Of a stretch of DNA of 64,000 bases, positions 28,085-42,090 are shown in pieces. The stretch comes from Octopus sinensis. Taxonomy: Eukaryota. The translations under genes and the position numbers were made by a program. The stretch covers positions 61,194,001 through 61,258,000 of the forward strand of contig NC_043001.1 of NCBI RefSeq assembly GCF_006345805.1, written 5' to 3'. How positions within the stretch are numbered: the first letter of the stretch is position 1; the number at the start of each line of letters is the position of its first letter. Below the pieces are notes generated by a model. It searched no databases. It was not told the DNA's origin and was given only the letters and a program-made list of their open reading frames with translations.

Positions 28085-29500
28085 TATGCACATATATAAT
28101 GCATGTGAATTGAATTTCACACAGTGGATTCAGTTTCCATAAAGAAGACACACAGCACCATTTTTGGAGTGCTTTCTTCCTATTTACTAGCTGTACTATC
28201 TGAATGCAGGTGCGTGTATTTATTTGTCAGTGTATATACTTAAACATGTATTTAGCTTCCATACTCTATGCACAACTGTATTGGAATATTTTAAAAATTG
28301 TTTGCATCTTGCTTTCATTTATTGCCATTTTATATGCGAAGATAAATATTTCTTTATCAGCGGCCGTGATGTCGGGAATTGATATAGCCAAATGAAGACC
28401 TTTCACTAACAAGTTTATCGCAGTAATAAATTGTCCTAATGTTAAATTTATGAGTTGGTTACTTAAATATTTTCATATATACTGGAATGTACGTATGCCT
28501 ATGTATATATGGGTATTATGTGCCCATGTATATGCATATGACCATACGGGTACAGATGTAAACGTGGCGCAAATAAATACATTTTACATACATGCACATA
28601 CAGACCTACATATACATTCATATGTAACTGACTAATCTTTCAACATGTCATCATCATCATCTTCATCAATATCGATTTAATATCCACTTTTCCATGCTTG
28701 CGTGTATCAGACGACAATTCTTGGGGAAAATTGTTTTAGGCCCAGAAACGACAATATTTCAGTTGAACATTCAAGTATGCACAGGGAGAGAAAAGCTCTC
28801 CGGCACCAACATTTTTATAAAATGTTAAAGTGTACCAAGCTCAAAATGTTTTTCATTGACTCCACTGAACCTCACATCTGTCATTGCCACTTTTAACAAT
28901 TATACATTCATCTACTAGCGTATTAATGGACAGTTGTAATTATCATAACTTTAATCAAGTTTTTTGTTGTTGGGAGAGATATAAAGAAAGAATTGGTCAG
29001 GCTATTTCCAAACATTTGGGTGTATTTCATTGACCAAAAAAACACTGGTTAACCGACTATGCGTGCATTGATTTTGAACTCACTAAGCGCTTAACTTTGA
29101 ATGTATTCATGCATGCCAGAACGTAGTTGTGTGTATGCTGTTGCTACATTTTTTCTCTTCCTAACCATGTGATTCAAATTTGTTTATTTTCCATAATATT
29201 TCTTAGTCAATCAATATATTATCTATTTTCTTCGCTGTGTGAAGAACACATTCCATACTGTGGACACTTTCCATGATATATAAGTTTGCATATCACGGTT
29301 AAAGTATAAAAGAAATATAAAACATAGTCGGGAATCTGGTAAGCATTTAAATCATTTATTGTGGTCTTATATAACTTGTTGCAGTTCTTAGCCCTTACCA
29401 CCTTACTGCACATGAGATGCCTAGAGTATTTTAATTCAAGGTTTAATATATATATATATATATATTATATATACATACACACATATATATATATATAACA

Positions 29501-29584
<84 letters not shown>

Positions 29585-29996
29585 ATATATATAACAAATT
29601 GAGATAGGGGTTGTAAATGCAACCCACCATGGGATACCATATATCCAATCTACTGCTAGTGAGGTACCCAACAAAGTTAATACATAAATGTTAAGAATTG
29701 CGATACAATTAATTCATTTATTGTATTATATGGGCAAAGGTAAAATGTTTTACCACAGATTAATTATACAAAATAAGAAAATGGAGAAATACATCGAAAT
29801 CAAATATCAATTACCAGATAATACTCAATGACATACTTTATTAAACCACTACGTAAGAAACTATAAGGTTAAACGTAATAATGCAGGGTAAAACAGGGTA
29901 CATGAAAGAGTGTACATAAAATAGTAATGTTATACAATAAGTAGAATACGTATAATAGAACATAAATATAAGTACACATAAATATAAATATAGAGT

Positions 29997-30050
29997 ATAT
30001 CTTACAGCTGTTTCGGCCATGTAGATAAGCATGTCTCATTCAACACATAT
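29997..30050 (-). ncRNA. Decayed hammerhead-ribozyme relic
   Basis: Minus strand ...UUGAAUGA-GACAUG...CAUGGCC-GAAA-CAGCUG-UA|AGAUAU: palindromic stem III and GUA site are intact, but core and stems I/II are damaged. Confidence 0.45.
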
Positions 30051-31725
30051 TAGCCATTTATGGTAGGTCAATATGTAGTTATAAACGAGACATTTACAAA
30101 ACATCATAAAGCTTCTTCGGAGATTGCAAATTAAATTACATATATACTTATAAAGATGTAGGTATATACCCATAATAAAACATATACATATACATATGAG
30201 TGCATATACTCATATACATATAAATATAAATATACATAATGATATAAATAATAAACATTAATAAACATACATACACTCCGCTAATACCAGAGAAACAATA
30301 CATGAATTCATTATTAACAATATAGTCACAATAGTATTACAAAACCGTGCAAATTGTTATATATCCGCATATACATACGAAATAAGAAGTACCAGCATTC
30401 TGTTTATACCACATTAAATCCACAGATGTACATATGTAAGTCCGATTTTAAGTTTATAGTTTTCCTTGTGACATAAATACACTATTATTTCAGAAATAAT
30501 TACGGATCTAGCACTAAATTATGATTGGCCTGTGGGTTTGAATTTAAATTACCATTGTCTGTCCTACGGTTGGTTTGTTGATAGCTTTAGGTTTCTACTA
30601 CACTAGCGTAGGCAAGGGAAAAACTATACCAACATTTGTACACACACATACACGTACACGCGTACATCCGCACATATACATATACATATATACTCTAATG
30701 AACCATGTCTGCAAACTTTCGCATATATTTATATGCACATCCAAATATTCATTTGCGTTCTAATACACATAAGAAAAGCATATATACATATATATATACC
30801 CAACCATGAATATACATATCAATACAAAAACATGCATACACATGTGTATACATATAAGCCAGTGCAGGCAGGGAAATCTATAGCAGCGTTTATACACTCA
30901 CACACACATTCACACGCACATCCGCACATATGTATAAACATTAATGCACTCCTATATACTGTGTCTGCAGACATTCTCATATACATATGTACACATTCAA
31001 ATGTATACATGCGCACCCATACGTACAAGAAAAATATATACATATATATATCCACCCATGAATACAAATATACATCCAAAAACATAGATACACATATATA
31101 TATACTAGCAGTATCGCCCGGCGTTGCTCGGGTTTGTAAGGGAAATAACTATATAAGCATTTTTAGAGAGTTATAGCCAAAAAATAGCAAAAAATGCATT
31201 AAAATGGAAAAAAAACGATGGTAATTTTTTTTTAAATCGTAGACTCATGTAGACGCTTTCTTAGCCATTTCTCTTTTGGTGTCTTCAAGCCATGAAGTCG
31301 TTGTTCTAAAAGAACGCTGGTCTCCTTGACAACGCATTACGACGTTGATTTCCTTACACTCCCTTCCCCACAGGTGCAGGTGTGAGCGTGGACGCCAACT
31401 TCACCGCCATCGACACACGAAAAATTATGCATTAAAATGGAATAAAAAATAATACTCAGACGGGCTCGATATGAATCACGACTATAAGCTACCCGAATTT
31501 GGTTAAACTGCACCGCAAAATGTGGGAGTAGTTAGGAATCTAAATCGAAGGGGACAGACACTCACACAACTACAGTTTTATATATATAGATATACATAGC
31601 GCAGTAGTGGTGATATGTGACAGCAAAGAAAAGCATACATTCACTCTCTGCATGCAATTAGACTCGGAAAGTTCGTGAGGAACCCATTGACCCAATTTGC
31701 TGACTTTTCCGATAGCACACAGGTC

Positions 31726-32034
31726 TCAATGAATGGTTGAATGACCAAATCCAAGCTTCTCTGCTAGTTCCTGAACAGTTACGATGAGATTTTGTTCCAC
31801 CAGGGTTTTCAGGATGTCCTTGTCGAGTTCTACAGATCTTTCAGGATGAGGCTCGTCTTCTAGGCTGTAGTTTATGGCTCGGAATTTCTGGAACCACCAT
31901 TGACACTGCCTTACGCTTATTGTCCAATCCCCATATACTGCATTAATATTTCTTGTACTTTCCGTTGCGTTGTTGTCTTTATTGAACTCATAAAGCAAAA
32001 TATGCCAAATATGCTCCTTTGTTACTTCCAACAT
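31726..32034 (-). pseudogene. Mariner transposase N-terminal (HTH) fragment captured in the Helitron
   Basis: HIWHILLYEFNK.NNATESTRNINAVYG...SVRQCQWWFQKFR..NYSLEDEP...ELAEKLG. Confidence 0.85.
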
Positions 32035-32208
32035 AGCTTGAAAAAAAATAGCTGTTAAAATCGAAATGCACTCTTCAAAACTTGCACTATGAATAAGGAC
32101 AAGATAAAATTACTACCTGCTTTTATAGCAAGTTAATATAAGTAGTTATCCCATTCCCCTCTGACTTTTAGTTCAAGCTGTTGAAAAAACCGCATTATTA
32201 TATATATA

Positions 32209-32240
<32 letters not shown>

Positions 32241-33639
32241 CACACACACACTCTCTCTCTCTCTCACACACATGCACACATTATATTCTGTTATTCTTTT
32301 ATATGTTTCAGCCTTGAGGTTGTGGCCATGCTGGATCATGTGTGTGTGTGGTGTGTGTGTGTGTCTATCTGTCTGTCTGTCTGTATGTATATATGTATAT
32401 GTATGTGTGTGAACAACAATATTTTCAACAGATGTGTTGCAAATGTATCTGATTGTTCTCAAGCTTCAAATTTACTCTCTTCCAAGAACATTTTCACTCA
32501 CTCTTATTTGTTAGCTTCCCATACATTTTACTCATGTATCTATCAGCGTTCATGGACAGTAACAAATATTACATCTAGTTTCATTTTATTCGTTACACAG
32601 TGTGTGTGTGCGTTTGCGTGTGCTGTAAACCAGACTAAGAAAAGCATTTGACACACACACCAGAATGTGAGTTTTCTGTAAATTTTGCTTAATTGGAGTT
32701 TAAATTTTAAAAACTGGAGCTGGCATGACGCGATGCATTGTACTCTTAAAATTGCTAGGTAAATTGTAATTGAAGAAATCCTATATTGTAGATTTGTATA
32801 ACTCCCAAAGGGAGGCAGATAAAATCTGCCTTTTATAATAAGAGACTAGCAGTATCGCCCGGCGTTGCTCGGGTTTGTAAGGGAAATAACTATATAAGCA
32901 TTTTTAGAGTTATAGCCAAAAAATAGCAAAAAATGCATTAAAATGGAAAAAATATGATGGTAAATTTTTTTTTAAATCGTTGACTCATCGTAGACATTTT
33001 TAGAGAGTTACTTCCCTATATAATAGCGAAAAAATGCATTAAAATGGAAAAAAAACGATGGTAAATTTTTTTTTCAATCGTAGACTCATGTAGACGCTTT
33101 CTTAGCCATTCTGTTTTGGTGTCTTCAAGCCATGAAGTCGTTGTTCTAAAAGAACACTGGTCTCCTTGACAACGCTTTACGACGTTGATTTCCTTACACT
33201 CCCTTCCCCACAGGTGCAGGTGTGAGCGTGGACGCCAACTCCGCCGCCATCGACACACGAAAAATTATGCATTAAAATGGAATAAAAAATTATGTTAAAT
33301 TATTTTTAAAATCGTAGACTCATCGTAGACGCGCGCTAATATTCAGACGGGCTCGATATGAATCACGACTATAAGCTACCCGAATTTGGTTAAACTGTAC
33401 CGCAAAATGTGGGAGTAGTTAGGAATCTAAATCGAAGGGGACAGACACTCACACAACTACAGTTTTTTATATATAGATATACATAGCGCAGTAGTGGTGA
33501 GATATGACAGCAAAGAAAAGCATACATTCACTCTCTGCATGCAATTAGACTCGGAAAGTTCGTGAGGAACCATTGACCCAATTTGCTAACTTTCCGATAG
33601 CACACAGGTGTCAATGAATGGTCGAATGACCAAATCCAA

Positions 33640-33845
33640 GCTTCTCTGCTAGTCCTCAACAGTTACGATGATATTTTGTTCCACCAGGGTTTTCAGGATG
33701 TCCTTGTCGAGTTCTACAGATCTTTCAGGATGAGGCTCGTCTTCTAAGCTGTAGTTTATGGCTCGGGATTTCTGGAACCACCATTGACACTGCCTTACGC
33801 TTATTGTCCAATCCCCATATACTGCATTAATATTTCTTGTACTTT
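33640..33845 (-). pseudogene. Second, further deleted copy of the captured mariner fragment
   Basis: STRNINAVYGDWTISVRQCQWWFQKSRAINYSLEDEPHPERSVELDKDILK; near-identical to 31726-32034. Confidence 0.85.
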
Positions 33846-33909
33846 GCACACATTTATATTCTGTTATTCTTTTATATGTTTCAGCCTTGAGGTTGTGGCC
33901 ATGCTGGAT

Positions 33910-33947
<38 letters not shown>

Positions 33948-35516
33948 TATCTGTCTGTCTGTATGTATATATGTATATGTATGTGTGTGAACAATAATAT
34001 TTTCAACAGATGTGTTGCAAATGTATCTGATTGTTCTCAAGCTTCAATACTGTGTGTGTGTGTATGTGTGTGTGTGTATGTATGTATGTATATGTATGTA
34101 TGTATGTATGTATATGTATGTATGTGTGTGTGTATGTATGTGTGTGTGTATGTGTGTGTATGTATGTATGTATGTATGTATGTATGTATGAGTGTATGTT
34201 TACTTTATTACTAATTACTCTCTTCCAAGAACATTTTCACTCACTCTTAGCTCTTAGCTTCCCATACATTTTACTCATGTATCTATCATCGTCATAGACA
34301 GAATACTTTCACTTTAATCTTCCTCAAATCACTCTGTCCGCTATTTACTTTCATTTTATTCGTTGCCCACTGTGTGTGTGCGTTTGCGTATGGTGTAAAC
34401 CAGACTAAGAAAAGCATTTGACACACACACCAGAATGTGAGTTTTCTGTAAATTTTGCTTAATTGGAGTTTAAATTTTAAAAACTGGACCTGGCATGACG
34501 CGATGCATTGTACTCTTAAAAATGCCAGGTAAATTGTAATTGAAGAAATCCTATATTGTAGATTTGTATAACTCCCAAAGGGAGGCAGATAAAATCTGCC
34601 TTTTATAATAAGAGATACACATATGGACACATTTCGACGCATAAACATTAATACATTTTCATGTACTGTGATTGCAAATATTCGCATTAACATATATACA
34701 TATTCAGATACGTACTTGCATACTCATATGCATAAGAACAACATACACACTTATATCCAACTAAGAACATGTATATACATACAAACACATACATACACAT
34801 ACATACATATATGAACACATTTCGACATTTCTACCTATATTTACTAAATTACAAGATATATGACTGTCCATCAAAGGACGTATACATGTAGACACGATAC
34901 GTAAGAAGAAATTACTATTAATTAAGATATGAGTAAATTAATTATAAATTAATAAGTGCAAAAAAAGGGAAGAATGAATGGATAAATAAATGAATAAAAA
35001 TACAAGTAAAATAAAAATAAAAACATGAATAAATAAATAAGTAAATAAATAAATAAGTAGAAATATATATGTGTATATATATATATCTATGTATAGATAA
35101 ATAGATAAATATAATAAAATGCAAATTAGGATGAGTACAAAGATAAACTTAAAATGTGAGGATGCCAAACAAATACATGCAAAAAACACCTTATATGCTC
35201 ATCGAAATAAACAAAGTATACTAATTATAGACTCACATTTGTTAAATATTGGTATAGCATAGACCCAAACCAGTGCCATTAGATATAATGTGTATATACA
35301 CCCTACAGCCATAAATACTCTGTGGAGATCAGAATATCATGCATATATCAGAATAACTATATATTTCAGTATATTTATCACTATATTTTGCAAGCCGGGA
35401 CAAAAACAATCAATATAGAACATATGTATGGAGATACAAAATTATAAATTATAAATTATGAGGGCCAGTAGTACAGTTCTATATAGAGGAGTGTAATAGG
35501 ACTATTGGTAGGAAAA

Positions 35517-36395
35517 TTAGGTGCTATTTAAATCTAGAGAAATCTTGTGAAGGCAGAAAAAATTTCTCTCGTTAATGTTATTAATAATGGATAGGCCAGC
35601 CTTGATGATGAAGAAAATTTCATTGATACATAAAGAGCATTTTTTATTTCTACTATTGTATACAGGTGCAGATGTTAGTATTTCCCAATCTAATTTAAAA
35701 TCTATGTTCTTACTCTTGAGTTCCCAGATATACGTACTAAGCCCTGTAGAGTTCATCCTATTTTTATTTTTAAAAGTATATCTATGATAGTTTAGCCGTT
35801 GTTTTATACTATTTTTAGTCGCACCAATGTACACCTTGCTATTATATTGTGTATTTACAGTGCATTAGTAAACAACCTCTTTCCTCAGGCATTTATTACC
35901 AAACACACATTGGTTCCTGCTTCTGCAATTACAGCTATTAACAGATTGAGGAGATTTAACCTTGGCAGAAATCTCAATATCTCTATTCCTATTGATAGCA
36001 TTGCACCTATTTTCATTACTCCTCAGGTTTATCCTTCTGTCATTATAGAAGCAATCCAATTTCCTGTTGTTAAAGGAGGAAATGATGGTGGCTAGATTAT
36101 TCGTAATGCTATATCCTATTCTAATAGTTCTATTGTTAATTATTTGGCTAAATTTGTTCTTACCCTTAGCAAATTGTCTATATATTATGTTATGTATTGT
36201 TCTGAGTATATCTGTTTTAATCTGCATTGCATGTGGTGTTATTAGCCATAGTGCATCTTCATCACTATGTGGATTACTCATCAAATTGTTATCTTTGGGA
36301 AAAACCCCATTACGCTTCAAACCTATATTCTTTCTACCTTTAATATTGTCAATATAATGCCTAGAATTCCACTTTAGATTAGTTTTGTTAATGTC

Positions 36396-36459
<64 letters not shown>

Positions 36460-37390
36460 TATTATTGTGTAGATGAACTTCACTATTGCAATATATATTA
36501 TCATTGTTATTATGCCTACTGATAATATCCCCACTATCACTATTGTGCGCTAAGTTATTTGGACTAATGTTAACAGCTCTAAAATTACCAAAACTAGTAT
36601 TATAGCCATATGTATTTTTATATATCATATTTTTCTTTATCCTATAGCTATTATTGTCCCTTCTGGATTTATTAGTGTTATTCATAATAGTTCCACCTGT
36701 ATTGGAAAGATTACTATTGGGTATATACCAAATTCTATTTGTGTAGCCTGCCTTAAGCAAAGCCGTATTATATTCTTCACAATGCCTATTGAATACGTCC
36801 CCGTTTGAGGATAGATAAGAGATTCTCTGACTAATGCTGCGTACCAGTGACTTTTTAATTTGAGGGGGGTGATTGCAAGAGTGGTTTATATATACTAATT
36901 TAGAATTAGGTTTAATATACGGTTGATGTATCCCATTAGTAAGGTTACAATTCACATCCAAATAATTGGCAGAGTAATTTTCATTTTCAATAACTATGGA
37001 TAAGCCAAAACTTTAAAAAAATTTATGTAGTCGTTTTTTCAGTAAATCTAGTCTCCTATTATATGTGTTTTTGACTAGAAATAAAGAGTCGTTCTTGTAT
37101 AGTCCGCCCTTTAATTCTGGGAATTCCCTATTAAGGTTATCGAGTAAATACATCCCTACTAGATCTGTCACTTCCGCTGAATCCGGCGATCCCATGGTGA
37201 TGTCAAATAAGTTTGGTGTGTCTTTCCTAGCCCATAGTTTATTATCAAACTCTAGTAATGCTTTTCTAGCTGTTAAGATAACCTTTACCTCCCCCATACT
37301 TAAGTTGGTATATCTCCTAGCAAAAAGTAAAGCCTGATTTAATATAATAGGGTTAATAGAGGAGTAGTAATTTTGTATGTCCAATTGCTA
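35517..37390 (-). mobile_element. Naiad-type Penelope-like element, 5'-truncated and disrupted
   Basis: DIQNYYSSINP...FDNKLWARKDTPNLFDITMGSPDSAEVTDLVG...GGLY; SCNHPPQI; SCNCRSRNQCVFGNKCLRKEVVY; YIGATKNSIKQR...TGLSTYIWELK...KCSLCINE. Confidence 0.88.
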
Positions 37391-37589
37391 TTAGAAATAT
37401 GTTACAAAAAGGAAATAGAAACTGCCCGTGGAAATGTTAGGGGAAAGTAAGAAGAAAAAAACGAAAATGCACATTGGAAATCAAAAACGTAAAGGCTTTT
37501 TATGAAAAGTAACGATCGATGTACACAATTAGATGAACTGAGGCAGGAATAAATGTAATAAAAGTCATTATTGTGAATTGTTAGAGATT

Positions 37590-37632
37590 CAAAGTCATAC
37601 CGGTTTCGTAAAATTGCTGTTCACTGGCTTCA
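37590..37632 (-). ncRNA. Minimal type I hammerhead ribozyme, G3-C8 core variant (slightly decayed)
   Basis: UGAAGCCA-GUGAACA-GC(AAUUUU)AC-GAAA-CCGG-UA|UGACUUUG: stem I 7/8 pairs, palindromic ACCGGU, one C-A mismatch in each of stems I and II. Confidence 0.55.
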
Positions 37633-38189
37633 GTTTCCGTCTACCAAATCCAGTCGATCCGAGTCTATAGTAGACTGAACCCGGAACTATGTGATATGGA
37701 AGTAAACTTCTTACCACATAATGATGCAAGCGACTATATATCAGAGACAAAAAAATTGGTAGGAGACACTGGGTGTCTCATTAAAACCTGTCTATGAAGC
37801 ATCTCCATCGTATGAAATTATTAATAGCTCATAACTATATACTATGTAGAGTAAAAAGAATTTAAATATCATCAAATGGAGTGCTTTAGTGTTCATCTTA
37901 CGTTAACAAAAAAGTAAACTATATATGTGTGTGTATAATGGACGAAGTACAAGCATTCAGCTTATGCCGAACGCGACCTGCACAAATGATTTGTTAATAA
38001 TGACCAAATGTATGTATCATACATTATCTTATTTCCTCCATGAAATTCACGTTGCCTCAGCAGATGCAGTATCTACCTTGCATCAGGTATGAAAGTGATC
38101 TAAAAACGACGTGAGACAAAGTGCTTTGCTCAAGAACACAATGCACCACCCGATATAGGAATTGAAATCACGATCTCGCGAACGTCCTA

Positions 38190-38221
<32 letters not shown>

Positions 38222-38224
<3 letters not shown>

Positions 38225-39130
38225 CAGAGGTACCCGGCGTTGCTCGGCGTTTGTACATAATATAGTCTAGTTATGTTGAAACAGGTTATATGGGAAAGTA
38301 AAGCATTGACAACAAAATATTTGTGGAGTAAATTATGGGCTAATTCGACTAAGTAACATACTATTCGTCCGTCTGGAATAGTTCAGGCCCTCACCTGTCA
38401 TGAAAAATTAGGGGGGACTTTTGCACAACCGAAAAGGTGTCAGTATATATACTCTCTTTTGCAGCAGTCAGCGCTGTGTCTAACGAGCCATCATCTGAAA
38501 TGTTAGCACATCCTTTGGGTTTGTTGTCTTACAACACGCATAAAGTAAATTTGAAGGAACTGTGGTTGTTCATTTGTGGGTAAAAGGGAACCAATGAGGT
38601 GATAGACTTGCCCTTGAACTTTGACGTCGGTGTAAATTCATGGTTCACAAAATCCTTTGACTAGATGGAAGTGCCTTCTAGAAGATCCATAAGAGGTTGA
38701 GAAGGAGCTGGTAGTACTGGCAATGTTACCTGACCGCCTGAACAGCACATACCACTTGTTTCATTTGAAACTTTTAAAGCTCTGCAGAAACGTCAATTTG
38801 TGTTTAGCACACCAATGTGGACAGAGTTATCATTTTCATAAGAATGGAATGGATCATATCTGAAAACAGCTTGAGGATTTGTGAAGAACGAGTTGTACGT
38901 AGTCTGTTTCTGAGAGTTATTCTATTGGACCTATGTCTAATCATTAAAACATTAACTTAATGATCCGGCATTAAGTGCTGCAACATACATTGCAGATCTT
39001 GACAAAATCTCATCTCGCTTCTCTGCTCAGACTCTCGCCTTCGGTTTTCTACAATCCTCCTTGCTTTATACTTGTTTGTGGAGACATTACATCTTTTCTG
39101 TGCTTCTCGCGCCCATTCCGTAAAAAAATA
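38222..39130 (-). mobile_element. Deleted Helitron derivative with RepHel N-terminal remnants
   Basis: The 3' end resembles the other Helitrons (TAGCAGAGGTACCCGGCGTTGCTCGG). Minus strand has FRYDPFHSY...GMCCSGGQVTLPVLPAP and (with a frameshift) KVQGQVYHLIGS. Confidence 0.75.
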
Positions 39131-39215
39131 TTTGAAGAAAGCAGTAATTGAAAGAAGAGAAAGCGAATAGGACACAGAAAGTAAGTGAAAGATGTAAGTC
39201 TATATGAAATAGACG

Positions 39216-39259
<44 letters not shown>

Positions 39260-39829
39260 TGTGTGTTCGCGTGTGTGTGAGAGAGAAAGGGAGTGAGAAA
39301 GAGAGATAGATAGACATGTACATGGTAGCTAGACCTAGTAGAAATAGCAGCTAAATCTCCCTCAAAACACCCTACTGACTTAATCCGCCAATTCTGTCTT
39401 TTATGTAGTTTGAATGAGAAACTCTAACTAAAGACTAAGAATATTAACCCAAAAATTTTACGATGTTTAATAGCAATAATTTTTTTCTCCTTTTTTTGCT
39501 TAGTTAAAATGATTGCCTTTTCCTCGAAATTTTTCATATCAGCTGTAAAGATGAAGCGGGTTAACTTGGACAGTGTTAAGTAGGGGAGATGTTTGGTGTT
39601 TGTATGTGGTGGTTACTTTTGACTGTTTCTTCTCAATAAGGATGATTGATTGATAACGGATCTTGACACAATATATATACAACTTCAAGAGGAATTGGAC
39701 ATCATAAGAGAGACAGCAGGAGGAAAGAAGAGAGACGGCATAGCGACGGTTTTGACTGACTGCCATCCTGTACTCCCCTTGTTGCTAGCGAAATGGTATG
39801 TGCTAGCTTTCTGAGCAACTGGTTGCTTT

Positions 39830-40310
39830 CAATGGGTGAACAAACAGGACAAGCAGATTACAAAAATAGCGATTCGCAATTTGAAACTAACAAGGGAGGC
39901 AAGGGCACGGTCGAAGTATTTTGAGATCAATTCAGTGGGGCAGATGACGATGAGGCGGACTGGGTTGATGGGCTTGTGTAGTTTTGGAAGGAAGTAAATA
40001 GTGGAAGTGCGTGGAGTGTAGACAATGATATTGAAAGCGGTGGGAGGGAGATGGGAGGATGAAATGAGGTCATGGATAGTGGAGGACACAGTCAGTTAGT
40101 AGTTAAGCGTGGTGTTGGATGGTAGTGGTTGGAGTGCGTCAGCCTTATAGAAATCTGCGCGCCACTCCATCATGGCTCTACCTTTGTCGACCAGTTTTAT
40201 GATGGTGTCTTTGTGGCGTCGGAGGCATCGAAGGACCAAGAGTTCAGCCGGGGCGATGTTAAATTGGCAGGGGAAGATGCTTGTAAAATGATGTTAGTTA
40301 TAGGAGTCGT
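39830..40310 (-). pseudogene. Penelope-like RT N-terminal fragment
   Basis: IYFLPKLHKPINPVRLIV.CPTELISKYFD.ALASLV resembles the PLE YxLPKIHK...RPIVS motif. Confidence 0.75.
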
Positions 40311-41714
40311 TTGAATCCATGGATATTTACATACAGGACGTGATAAATACTAGTTACTTTTACGTTAACCTAGGGTTCACAGTGAAATAAGTAATCATGA
40401 AAGTATCATGGGTTGGTAGGATATTGTAGATGTGTAAGTGTCAGATCCGACTCAAGGCTCGTAGAGTAAAATGGGGTTTGAATTTACGAATTGATGTATT
40501 CATAGATTACATCACAGCATACAATCCACCATTACCAGGTAAAATTTTAAACAAATTAAAACATTTGACATAAAACCTTGATGATAACGAATCTAGCGAG
40601 CATTTTCAGCAAATATTATGTCCGTTCGATTCACCATGAATGCTTTATCTCACCTGTTTATATATGTTTAGAATTTTACCTAAAGATACAAATATGTATA
40701 GACACACATATACATATAAATATACACATACACGCACGAACGCACACAAATACACACACCCACACACACACACACACACAAAGAAATGCACACACGCACA
40801 CATGCACACACACATTCACGTATACATATGCACTTATACCTACATGCATATAATCAAATATAGACACGCACCCACACATATTAAAATATATATCTCAATA
40901 AAACTTATCAATTAAACATTTCAAAAACCGACGATTTTTCCCCTGAACCAGAACTAAATTTAAGGAGGATTTTATTTGCATAAGGATCTTTTTCGTGTGC
41001 ATACAAGGCGTTAACGGTTCAGATTTTTGTTGAGACTATTACTGCCTTACATCAGAATTCTCGGGTTTTCGTACAAAGGTCACACTTCATCTTTGATTTG
41101 AAGCTCCCGTTCCTCTATGGTTGCACATCATGTACAAAAGATCAGTTAATACTGAAGAGGACTTGTCTAACGCAAGGACTATTTAATCTGATAGAGCCGT
41201 AGCACATTTTCTATCAGGGCTGAAAAATTAATGTTTACTAGTGGGACCCTTTGAAATTCCACAGAACGAAAAAAATTAGGAAAATCTATTTAAGAAAGAA
41301 AGTATGATTTGCATTTTATTTTTATTTTGCTATGTTATTTCACTTTAATGCATCAGCTGGCTATCTGCTTTCTCACTCACTTTCACATTCCCTCTTCTGT
41401 CCCACTTCACCTCTTCCTCCTCTCTAACAAACTTAAGCGTTAAGTGTGAACGAAGAGGTAGAGGAATAATATTATAGATTTAGTTCGGTATAAAAGTGCT
41501 TTTCACTATCAGCACATCATCACCACCACCATCATCACCACTATAGTTTTCAGTAACGAAGCTCATTTAATTTCATTTTAGTCTACCTGTTTCTCTATAT
41601 CTGCTGTTGCTAATTAGTAATATTACAAATTTCGTCGATAAAAAATAAGTAGATGGAATCTCTGATTGACAGGGAAGTTTAATACACAGATTTTACAATC
41701 AGCATTAGCTTAGA

Positions 41715-42080
41715 AATTACACTGTGGTTGATTCTGCCCTTCATCCTATCGAGGTCAATAAAATAAGTACCAGTTGAGCACTGGGGTGGATATAATCGAC
41801 TTACGTCCTCCCCTGAAACGGCCAATATTTGAAATCAATATTTACACAACAAATATAAGGCAGCGAGCTGGCAGAAATGTTACGACGTTGTGAAAAATGG
41901 TTAGTGGTGTTCCATCCGACATTACACTCTATGTTCAAATGAGTTCAGGCTCAACTTTACCTTTCATGCCTTTAAGGTCTATAAAATTAATACCAATTGG
42001 GCTCTAGTGTCGATGTAATCGATTTATTCTTCCCACTAAACTTGCTGATCTTGTGCCAAAAATTTGAAATTAATATTTAC
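41715..42080 (+). mobile_element. Two adjacent decayed SINE fragments
   Basis: Shared core CCTTCATCCT.TCGAGGTC.ATAAAATAAGTACCAGTTGAGCACTGGGG with 24830-25015; the second copy begins AGGCAGCGAGCTGGCAGAA. Confidence 0.6.
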
Positions 42081-42090
42081 ACAACAAAGA

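Larger units (their letters stand above)
31105..34615 (-). mobile_element. Head-to-tail tandem dimer of a composite non-autonomous Helitron (units 31105-32845 and 32846-34615)
   Basis: Each unit starts TCTCTTATTATAAAAGGCAG and ends hairpin + CTAG on the minus strand. The junction reads CTAG|TC, and the outer ends keep the A|T target. Each unit contains a Lep1-like Helitron (31105-31590; 32846-33477). Confidence 0.85.

Noticed and set aside
41150-41195. CTGAAGAGGACTTG...CAAG hammerhead-like start
   Set aside because: GAAA and stem III are absent.
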